From positions 4,672,001 through 4,736,000 of the forward strand of contig CBDFJQ010000002.1 of NCBI GenBank assembly GCA_965248575.1: a stretch of 64,000 bases of DNA, read 5' to 3'. The translations under genes and the position numbers were made by a program. The notes beneath the pieces were generated by a model. That model was not told the origin of the DNA. It saw only the letters and a program-made list of their open reading frames with translations, and made no database searches. Below are positions 48,447 to 56,629 of the stretch, piece by piece. Every line of letters begins with the position of its first letter. Position 1 is the stretch's first letter. The stretch comes from Planctomycetota bacterium (GTDB lineage: Bacteria; Planctomycetota; B15-G4).

Positions 48447-48857
48447 TCAGGAGGGGGGCTTGACGGTGACGGTCTTGTCCGTGGAAGCCGCCTTGCCGTT
48501 CGCGAGTTCGTAGATGCACGTCACTCGAACCTGGTCGCCGGCCTTCGTGTCGGGCAGGCTGTCCGAGAAGGACCCTGTCGAACGGCCGCTCAGCACGTGG
48601 CTGTTGGAGGTCAGCCCGCCAGTGGTCAGGTTGGTGTAGATCACGATGACCGAGCTGACGCCTTGTCCTGCTGTGTAGGTCGTCGTGGCGGTGCTGCTGG
48701 GGCCACCGACAACCATGGCTCCGCCACCGGCGTCCTCACGCACTGATGTCGAGTCGGCTAGGGGCAGGGCCGAGCCGCTGGGTAGCTGGGCTGCTAGCGT
48801 GGGAACGAGCGTCAACGACACGAACAGCATCAGGCTGATGAAACCGAACGTCTTCAT
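48447..48857 (-). CDS. Small secreted beta-rich protein
   Basis: MKTFGFISLMLFVSLTLVPTLAA-Q signal; GAGGA RBS. Confidence 0.65.
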   Translation of the reverse strand: MKTFGFISLMLFVSLTLVPTLAAQLPSGSALPLADSTSVREDAGGGAMVVGGPSSTATTTYTAGQGVSSVIVIYTNLTTGGLTSNSHVLSGRSTGSFSDSLPDTKAGDQVRVTCIYELANGKAASTDKTVTVKPPS

Positions 48858-49064
48858 GAAGAATCCTCTTCGGGGATGATCGCGTTTCGCACGGATGGAC
48901 GACTGTGCGTGCCCCACTAGACGGAACGGGTCGCGCTGGCGGGCGGCGGTCGTCATGGAATGACAAACGGGTGTCTCCAACGACAACTTGTAGGACTTGA
49001 CGCATGATCGTGGCCACACCATCGCGTTGACCACGATTCACTGAACCCATCTGGGGGACCACGC

Positions 49065-50081
49065 ATGCAGCCGCGCCCTTGCTCGCTCGCCCGCTTTGTC
49101 CTGTCCGTGTTTCTTGTCGTTCATGCCAGCACGGCATTTGCACAGCTTCCCGACACGATGCAGGCCGTGCGTCTCCACGCCCACGGGCCAACGAACAAGG
49201 GGCTCCAGTTCGAACAGGCTCCGATTCCAATGCCCAGTGAAGGTCAGCTGCGCATCGAAGTCCACGCGGCATCCGTCATTCCTGGCGACTGGAAGCTGCG
49301 CAACGGAGTCTTCGGTGACGTCACCGCGAGCATGCCCTTCGTCTTGGGGTACGACGTTTCAGGGGTGGTCGAATCCGTGGGCGAGGGAGTCAAGTCCTTC
49401 AAGCCGGGTGATGCAGTCTTCGCCTATCTGCCCAATGCTGGCACCTTCGCCGAGTACGCCGTAGGGCCTGAGGGTGTGTTCGCGCACAAGCCTGAGAACA
49501 TCACCCACCTCCAGGCTGCGAGCGTTCCGGTCTCCGGGCTTGCCGCCTGGGAAGCGCTCACCAACGTCGCTGAGCTGAAAGAGGGGCAGACCGTCCTCAT
49601 CCAGGCGGGCGCTGGAGGGGTGGGGCACTTCGCCATCCAGATTGCCAAGGCGCTCGGAGCCACCGTCTATACGACGGCCTCGCTGCGAAACCACGACTTC
49701 CTCAAGGGGCTCGGTGCCGACGTCGTCATCGACTACCACACCCAGAAGTTCGAAGATGTCGTGAAGGATGTCGATGTCGTGATCGAGATGATCGGCGGGG
49801 ATGTGTTGGACCGTTCTTACGGCGTCGTCAAGCCTGGCGGCATCATCGTCACCATGAATCAGCAAGTGGATCAGGCCCGGCTCGACGAGCTGGGAATCCG
49901 CGGCCGCTTCAACCGCACGCCCACCAACACCAAGATCCTCACGGAGCTCGCGGAGCTCATGAAGGACGGGCGTGTGATTCCTCATGTCTCGAAGGTCTTT
50001 CCGCTCTCGGAAACCGTGAAGGCGTTGGAGCTCAACGAGCAGGGGCACACTCGGGGCAAGCTTGCCATCAAGGTGCGCTGA
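49065..50081 (+). CDS. NADPH:quinone oxidoreductase-like MDR enzyme with signal peptide
   Basis: LGYDVSGVV, GQTVLIQAGAGGVGHFAIQ, GHTRGKL; N-terminal AFA-Q. Confidence 0.92.
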   Translation: MQPRPCSLARFVLSVFLVVHASTAFAQLPDTMQAVRLHAHGPTNKGLQFEQAPIPMPSEGQLRIEVHAASVIPGDWKLRNGVFGDVTASMPFVLGYDVSGVVESVGEGVKSFKPGDAVFAYLPNAGTFAEYAVGPEGVFAHKPENITHLQAASVPVSGLAAWEALTNVAELKEGQTVLIQAGAGGVGHFAIQIAKALGATVYTTASLRNHDFLKGLGADVVIDYHTQKFEDVVKDVDVVIEMIGGDVLDRSYGVVKPGGIIVTMNQQVDQARLDELGIRGRFNRTPTNTKILTELAELMKDGRVIPHVSKVFPLSETVKALELNEQGHTRGKLAIKVR

Positions 50082-50325
50082 GCGAGTCTCCCTCTCTGCA
50101 GTCACGTCACCAGGGGCTGTGTGTGCACTGACTGAGGGGCCCGGAGAGCTTGCACGGGCCCTGCGATGTGCACCCGTCAGGTACCTGCGAGCTGGTACGT
50201 CTGGTGCCCGGCCCCGAACCCTTCCCGTGTGATGCGTCCGCGGGAGTGGCCGAGGATCCGCAGAGTTGCCCTGAGCAGACCGACAGCGGCGGGGAGCGTG
50301 TCCACACACGATGCAGGAGGAAACC

Positions 50326-50628
50326 ATGAGCAAGCAGATCTCGAAGCACGACATCACGGCTCGGGTCGTGATGGTCGAAGCTGCGCCCCCCATGCGGTCC
50401 CGTACCGTGTTCGCCATCGCCCTCGTGGTCCTGCTTGTTTCGCTGCTTGCGGGAAACCTCTCCGCACAGACCCCTGTCGCGCCAGGCAACCTTGAGATCG
50501 TGAACTCCGGCCCGGTTTCGCTCCGGGATGGCTCGGTGATCCTTCGTCGTCAGGAGTCTGCGGACGGCAAGGACTTGAACGACGACGGCGATGCCCTGGA
50601 TGCGGTGCTGCACGCGGTGAAGCTCTAA
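50326..50628 (+). CDS. Small exported protein with one DLNDDGD (Ca-binding-like) motif
   Basis: GGAGG RBS; hydrophobic signal; ESADGKDLNDDGDALDAVLH. Confidence 0.6.
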   Translation: MSKQISKHDITARVVMVEAAPPMRSRTVFAIALVVLLVSLLAGNLSAQTPVAPGNLEIVNSGPVSLRDGSVILRRQESADGKDLNDDGDALDAVLHAVKL

Positions 50629-50813
50629 GGTCCGCGCTCGCAGGCTGCCTCCTGAGCGGCTCGTGGCTTCCCTGGTGATTCCGTGAGGATCTGCCGAGTC
50701 CCTTGCCGGCTCTCAGCTGTCCACTGACGCCAAAACGCAACCTGCTTTAGAGTGTGCGCTGGCGACCGGGCAAGGAGCCAACGGGAAGCCGTGCACCTAG
50801 GGATCCACCAGGA

Positions 50814-52517
50814 GTGACATCTGTGTCTATCTCGACCACGACCGCAAGCCTGCGTGCCGCGCAGCAGCCTTCCACCCGACGTTCTGCGACTCGCCTCGCA
50901 GTACTGCTCGGAGCCTTGGGCACCTTCACCTTGGCGAGTCCGCAGGCACATGCGTTCACCTCAGACCCGAATGCCATCATCCCAGCCATCGTGGAGGGGG
51001 ACGTGGTGGCCGGCGTCGGTGCCGTCACGAGCATCGGTAACCTTGCTGTGAACAGCAGCGGCGCCTTCCTGGTGGAGGTTGACACGGACAACGTCGACAC
51101 CAACGCCGACGGTGCGCTGGTGAATGCTGGGGGACTGGTCTTGGCCGAGGGTGGCCTGGTGGGCCTGCCGCTGGCCGCCACTCTCGACAGCTTCGATGGC
51201 GTCACGCTCAACGACAATGGTTCTGGTGGCTTCAACCATTTCCTCGACAACACCGTGGGCAGCAACGACGACTCTGGCGTGTACCTGAACGGGACGCTCT
51301 TGATCCAAGAGGGTGACACTTCCGGTGCTGCCGGCTTCAGCGCGGGCACGACCTATCGCGGCTTCCTGGACGTGAAGATCAACAGCTCCGACGACGTGCT
51401 GGTCATGGCCAGCGTGGACGACCCGGCCATCTCGAGCACTGTCGACCGGGCCCTGGTGATTGCCTCCACGGCGGGCGGCTTGCTGAGCGCTGAGACGGTC
51501 CTCGTCAAGGAGGGCGACATCCTGGCGGGGCAGTCCGAGGCCGTGGCCGACATCGAGTTTGGTCCGCACAACTTCGCCTTCAACGACTCTGGACAGGCGC
51601 TCTTCATCGCAGACCTCACCGGGCCCACCGCGATCGACCACGCCCTCTATCTCGACGGGACATTGTTGGCGCAGGAAGGCTCGCCGTCGCCGGTCGCCGG
51701 GCGCGAATGGAGCATTCTCAGTTCGGCGGAGGTCGACCTGAACAACAACGGCGACTGGGTCGTGAATGGGAACCTCGGCGGGGGCGGTCTCGCCACCTTG
51801 CTGATCGCCGTCAACGGCGCCAAGCACGTGCAGTCCCAGGACTCCCTGCCCGCCATCGCACCCTTCGTGCTCACCAGCTTCGGCTCGGGCCCCGTCCACC
51901 TGGCGGACAACGGTTCGACGCTGTGGTACGGCGACTGGAACGACTCGGACACGACCCGGGACACGGGGCTCTTCCTGAACCACCAGCTGATCGTGCAAGA
52001 GGGCGTCACCGCGGTGGACGGTTCAGTCGTGCAGACCCTGCGCGGTATCCAGGACGGTTACGACCTCTCGGACGACGGCAACTGGGTGGCCTTCGAGGCT
52101 GTGTTGGCCGACGGGCGTGAAGGAGCCTTCCTGATGGAAGTGGCTCCCTGGACCAATCTCGGCAAGGGTCTTGCGGGGACGGGCGGGGTCACGCCGTGCC
52201 TTGAGGGCGTGGGCAGCATGGCCGTCTTGAGCGCCAACTCCCTTGAGTTCAGCGACGCGGCAACCAGCGCGTTCAGCGCCGTCATCGTGGGTGTCTCCGA
52301 AGTCAGCATCCCCTTCTACTTGGGCACGCTCGTGCCGTCCCCGGACGTCATCCGCTTCTTCTTCACGAACGGCAGCGGCGAACTCTCCTTGCCCTTCGTC
52401 GTTCCGGCCACGGTGCCCCCTGGGACCGAGCTCTTCGTGCAGGGTTGGGTCGAGGACGCGGGCGCCCCCGGCGGCTTCTCCGCCAGCAATGGGCTCAGGA
52501 CGGTGATCACTCCCTAG
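50814..52517 (+). CDS. Secreted NxxGxxAF-type tandem repeat (beta-propeller-like) protein with shared C-terminal domain
   Basis: AHA signal; NDSGQALF, NNNGDWV, xxEG repeats; PWTNLG...SNGL tail. Start uncertain. Confidence 0.75.
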   Translation: MTSVSISTTTASLRAAQQPSTRRSATRLAVLLGALGTFTLASPQAHAFTSDPNAIIPAIVEGDVVAGVGAVTSIGNLAVNSSGAFLVEVDTDNVDTNADGALVNAGGLVLAEGGLVGLPLAATLDSFDGVTLNDNGSGGFNHFLDNTVGSNDDSGVYLNGTLLIQEGDTSGAAGFSAGTTYRGFLDVKINSSDDVLVMASVDDPAISSTVDRALVIASTAGGLLSAETVLVKEGDILAGQSEAVADIEFGPHNFAFNDSGQALFIADLTGPTAIDHALYLDGTLLAQEGSPSPVAGREWSILSSAEVDLNNNGDWVVNGNLGGGGLATLLIAVNGAKHVQSQDSLPAIAPFVLTSFGSGPVHLADNGSTLWYGDWNDSDTTRDTGLFLNHQLIVQEGVTAVDGSVVQTLRGIQDGYDLSDDGNWVAFEAVLADGREGAFLMEVAPWTNLGKGLAGTGGVTPCLEGVGSMAVLSANSLEFSDAATSAFSAVIVGVSEVSIPFYLGTLVPSPDVIRFFFTNGSGELSLPFVVPATVPPGTELFVQGWVEDAGAPGGFSASNGLRTVITP

Positions 52518-52611
52518 GGGAGTGTGGACCATCTGATCGGATTTGAAGGCGGGCCCGTTGCGTTATCATGCGCGCCTGATCGACTGACTCCTTCCCGGTG
52601 TGGGGTTCCCT

Positions 52612-54549
52612 ATGGGCATTGGCCGGCGGTTCCTGAGTCCTTGTGTGTTCTTGCTCCTGGCGCTGCATGTCTATGCGGCATCGGTACCGACTCAAGAGCG
52701 CGACCTCTGGTACGTGGTGAGCCATCGCGGGGAGCCCATCGCTTCGGTTCACGTCGAGGTGACGCTCTTGGAGGACGGCAGCTTGCGGTACGCCTGGACG
52801 TCTCGGAACAGCGTGAACTTCCTGGGCCAGGAGCAGGAAACCACGGTCTCCACCGAGCTCCTGGTGTCTGCAGAGTTGCGGCCTTTGTCGCTGCGCTCGG
52901 AGACCTCCGCGCTGTCGGGTGGCTCGACGATCCGGGGAGAGCTGGTGGGCGACGTGCTGAGCTGGACGTCCCTCATGGATGGGGAGGAGTCGTCCTCCGA
53001 GACACCCACCGACGGGGAGCACCCGTTGATCTTCGACTCGTGCCTGGCCGAGTGGTTGACGCGGCAGCCTGAGAGTCCGGCCGCCGTGACCGTTCAGGTC
53101 ATCGATGATTCCACCTGGGAACTGGCCACGCTGAGCGCCACGCCCCAGCCCTCTGAGGGCGGTGAAGCTGTATGGCGAGTGGAGCCTTTGGACGGCTCCT
53201 ATGCCATGACCTTGTGGGTGGGTGCCGATGGCTTCGAGCGGCAGCGGGTCTACGAGTCCCTGGAGGTGCAGATGACGCGCTCCTCTGAAGAAGAAGCCTC
53301 GCAGATCAAGGCCAGCGACCAGACCGGTGGCACGGTGCTGTCCTTCCCGGTGGAGCCGCCCATCAAGGCCCCACACCTCCTGACGGACCTCACTGTGGAG
53401 CTACGTTGGGACGCCATCCCCTTTGCCGACTTTGAGCTGGAGGATGACCGCCAGCGGCTGCTCGAATACTCGCTCGAGGGGACGAGCGCGCGTGCGTTGG
53501 TGAACATCTTCGCGCCCGATCCCGTTGAGGGCGAACTTCCTTTCCCGGTGCAGAAGGAGGGTTTCGAAGCGACGCTCGCCGAGACGGAGTACATCAAGCC
53601 GCAGCACCCGGACATCCAGGAAGTGGCCGCGCGCGTGACTCAAGGCAAGAGCACGGCCTTGGAGGCGGTGGAGGCCCTGAGCGCGTGGGTGTTCGACTAC
53701 GTGGATGCGACGCTCATCGTCGAGACCTTGAGCGGCCCTCAGGTGCTGGCGCGCAAGGTCGGCAAGTGCACGGAGTACTCAACGCTCTTTGCCTCCCTGG
53801 CGCGCTCCTCCGGCATCCCCACCCGTCTCGCGCTCGGGGAGCGCATGGTCGGCGGTCAGTGGGGCGGGCATATGTGGAACGAGGTCTACGTGGGGCGTTG
53901 GATCCCCGTGGACGCCAGCGTGAACGAGGTGGGGGCGTCGCTCGCGTTGCTGAAGTTCATCCACAGTGACACCGTGACAGGGACCCAGCCTCTGCGCTGG
54001 GCTCTGACCGAGAGCCTGGAGATCCGTGTGGCCGACTACTCGGCGACGGAGGCCCCACTCAGCGGTCAGTACGAGACGGGCATCGCCGGCAGCGCCTACA
54101 CCAACGCGGAGTTCGAGTGTCGCTTGACGGCGCCGCGCTCCGAGTGGCTGCTGCACGACGCGACGGGGGCTGGCGGCAACGTCACGATCCGGTTCGAGAT
54201 CCCCGGTGCCGAGAGCGCGTTCATCCACTTCGTGGCCTTCCCCATCCCCGCAGGGCTGGAGGCGAAGGCGCTCGCGGAGTCACGCATCGGGATGTTCAGC
54301 CCCAGCTACGACGGCTTCGAGGTCGAGATCAACAAGCCTGTCGTGGTGAACGACGCGTCCGGCCACACCACCTGCTTTCGAGGCGTCGCCAAGGGCTCCG
54401 AGGTCGAATCCGGCATCACGGAGTACGTCTGGACACAGGGCTCCTTCGGCTACCTCCTGAACATGATCGCCACGAAGGCCGAGCACGACGAGCAGCTCGC
54501 GGAGTTCGAAGCGCTGCTGGGAAGCTTCGAGTTCTTGATGCAAGAGTAG
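52612..54549 (+). CDS. Secreted transglutaminase-like (TGc) protein
   Basis: GKCTEYSTLF...GIPTR...HMWNEVY..RWIPVD Cys-His-Asp triad. Confidence 0.9.
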   Translation: MGIGRRFLSPCVFLLLALHVYAASVPTQERDLWYVVSHRGEPIASVHVEVTLLEDGSLRYAWTSRNSVNFLGQEQETTVSTELLVSAELRPLSLRSETSALSGGSTIRGELVGDVLSWTSLMDGEESSSETPTDGEHPLIFDSCLAEWLTRQPESPAAVTVQVIDDSTWELATLSATPQPSEGGEAVWRVEPLDGSYAMTLWVGADGFERQRVYESLEVQMTRSSEEEASQIKASDQTGGTVLSFPVEPPIKAPHLLTDLTVELRWDAIPFADFELEDDRQRLLEYSLEGTSARALVNIFAPDPVEGELPFPVQKEGFEATLAETEYIKPQHPDIQEVAARVTQGKSTALEAVEALSAWVFDYVDATLIVETLSGPQVLARKVGKCTEYSTLFASLARSSGIPTRLALGERMVGGQWGGHMWNEVYVGRWIPVDASVNEVGASLALLKFIHSDTVTGTQPLRWALTESLEIRVADYSATEAPLSGQYETGIAGSAYTNAEFECRLTAPRSEWLLHDATGAGGNVTIRFEIPGAESAFIHFVAFPIPAGLEAKALAESRIGMFSPSYDGFEVEINKPVVVNDASGHTTCFRGVAKGSEVESGITEYVWTQGSFGYLLNMIATKAEHDEQLAEFEALLGSFEFLMQE

Positions 54550-54576
54550 TTTTGAGCGAGGAAGCTTCCTTCCCCT

Positions 54577-55005
54577 TCAGTCCTGCGATGCGATGGGCGC
54601 CACCGTCGGTGCCAAGAAGAAGCGACCCACCTCGGCCTTGAAGGTCGAGCCGTCGTCGCGCTCCATGACGTAGTGACCTTCCATGGTGCCCCAGGTGGTT
54701 GCCAGCGGGCAGCCGCTCATGTACTCGAACTCTGCTCCTGCCTCGAGCCGCGGCTCTTCGCCGATGACTCCCGGCCCCTCCACGATCTCTGCCTCCCCGT
54801 CGGCATCTCGGATGATCCAGCGCCGGGAGCGCAGGGTCGCCGGATCGCTGCCCTCGTTGAGGATGCGCACCCGGTAGGCGAATGCGTACAGCTCGTCGTC
54901 CGGCGAGGACTGGTCGGGCAGGTACTGGGAGGCCACCTTGATGCGGACGCCCTCGGTGACGACGTCGGAGTGACCAGTCTGCGGGTTGTTGGTGGGGGAG
55001 GGCAT
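54577..55005 (-). CDS. apaG: ApaG (DUF525) protein
   Basis: FAYRVRI.NEG...LRSRRWIIRD...VEGPGVIGEEP...YMSGCPL.T.WGTMEGHY. Confidence 0.95.
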   Translation of the reverse strand: MPSPTNNPQTGHSDVVTEGVRIKVASQYLPDQSSPDDELYAFAYRVRILNEGSDPATLRSRRWIIRDADGEAEIVEGPGVIGEEPRLEAGAEFEYMSGCPLATTWGTMEGHYVMERDDGSTFKAEVGRFFLAPTVAPIASQD

Positions 55006-55160
55006 GGCGACTCGGGGATTGGGGACCTCCCAGCCTAGGGAGTCTGATCGCGATGACAACACCTGCATGTGTGGCCTCTGACGCGCCTCGCCGCTCTCGT
55101 CTACACTCCAGGCTGCGGCCTGTAGCCCGCCGGCCCGCGCCCGCCACCCGGATGCTCCCC

Positions 55161-56474
55161 ATGACTCGTCTCCCGCCCTTGCTTGCAACCGCCTCGGCCG
55201 TCCTCTTTGCTGTCCTCGCCACGGGCGGCATCCTCTGTGCCCAGTCGCCCGTGCCCCTCGTGTTGGCTGGCGATTCGCTGCCCGACGGAGGCACGGTCAC
55301 TGGCATCCGCTTCGTCGAGGTCGACTACTTCGGTGACTGGAGCGCGCAGGTGACGACCGACCTGTCGAACTATCCGACGCTCGTGCTGAAGTCGGGCGCA
55401 CCGTGGAAAGCCGTGGGGAGCCCGGTGCAGTTTCCTGAGGGCACGACCATCGCCGCTTTCGACAGCATCTCGGCGGAGCTCTTCGGCGGGCTCATCTGGA
55501 ACGCCCGCCTGGATGGCACCCCCGGCGGCACCGAGGACGATGAAGCGCTCTTCTATGAGAGCAAGCTGTGGATGCAGGAGGGGCCGCTGAACTCCTACCT
55601 GAACACCAACCTTCCGCACGGGACGCGCTGGCTGTCCTTCAATGATGTGCAAGCGTCCTCTGCGAACGGGGTCGTCATGCTTCGCGGTCGCATCGACGAC
55701 CCCACCCTCAGCGGAGCCTCCGAGTCCATCCTTGCCCAAGGCTACATGGCCGGTGCGCCCGGGCTGCTCGTGGCCATGGACCGCATCGTGTCCGCGGGTC
55801 AACTCGCGCCGACCCTTAGCGAGCGCATCCAATCCGTGCGCCTCGCCCCGGACGCGGCCTCCATCGCGCCCGGCGGCGGCCGACTGCTCTGGAGCTGCGA
55901 CCTGCGCGGCGACCCGAAAGTGGACGGCTGCGTGTTCCGCTACATCAGTGGCTCGGCAGTGCATCTGCTCCTGGCGCGGGAGGGCGACCCGTCCCCCGTC
56001 GCGGGCCGGACGTGGGGGCCGCTGGAGGAGCTGGCGGTGGACATCAACTCCAACGGGAAGTGGACGATCCGTGCCGCCCTGGACGACAGCGATCTCAGCA
56101 ATGACGCGCTGATCGTGAAGAACGGCCAGGTGCTGGCCCGCGAGGGCGATGCGCCGGCCGCCGTTGCCCCGGATGTCGTCGACGGCCTCGGGCGCGGCCC
56201 GGCGCTTGTCGGTGACAACGGCAAGGTGGTCTGGTACGCGCATCTGTCCGGCCCCGGTGGCCCGTCTGAGGCGCTGTTCCTCGACAACCAACTGCTCGTG
56301 CGCACCGGCGTGACCATGATTGGCGGCCGGCTGCTCGAGGCTTTGAGCCCCGAGAGCGGCTCCCTTGCTCTCGCACCCCTGGACGACCTGCTGGTGTTCC
56401 GCGGGACGCTGGCAGGTGCTGTCGAAGGGGCGTTCTCGCTGGATCTGAGCAGCTTGGATTCTGCGGGCCGCTGA
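55161..56474 (+). CDS. Secreted NxxGxxAF-type repeat protein, paralog of 50814-52517 lacking the C-terminal domain
   Basis: LAREGDPSPVAGRTW vs LAQEGSPSPVAGREW; VDINSNGKW vs VDLNNNGDW; ends EGAFSLDL. Confidence 0.75.
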   Translation: MTRLPPLLATASAVLFAVLATGGILCAQSPVPLVLAGDSLPDGGTVTGIRFVEVDYFGDWSAQVTTDLSNYPTLVLKSGAPWKAVGSPVQFPEGTTIAAFDSISAELFGGLIWNARLDGTPGGTEDDEALFYESKLWMQEGPLNSYLNTNLPHGTRWLSFNDVQASSANGVVMLRGRIDDPTLSGASESILAQGYMAGAPGLLVAMDRIVSAGQLAPTLSERIQSVRLAPDAASIAPGGGRLLWSCDLRGDPKVDGCVFRYISGSAVHLLLAREGDPSPVAGRTWGPLEELAVDINSNGKWTIRAALDDSDLSNDALIVKNGQVLAREGDAPAAVAPDVVDGLGRGPALVGDNGKVVWYAHLSGPGGPSEALFLDNQLLVRTGVTMIGGRLLEALSPESGSLALAPLDDLLVFRGTLAGAVEGAFSLDLSSLDSAGR

Positions 56475-56629
56475 GACGAGGCACGCCGGTGTTCGTTCGT
56501 TCAGCACCTTCCCGTTGATTTCGAATCCCCTCGCAACCTGAAAGGTCGAGCTCTGTTTCTTGCGTTGCGGCGCGCGGGCGGGGACGCTCGTGGTCAGCGC
56601 TTGGGGCACGGATCCAGCGGAGGGCTGAG

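Noticed and set aside
37424..50700. Run of small heterogeneous genes as an integron cassette array or prophage
   Set aside because: Mixed orientations; no integrase, recognisable attC sites or phage genes
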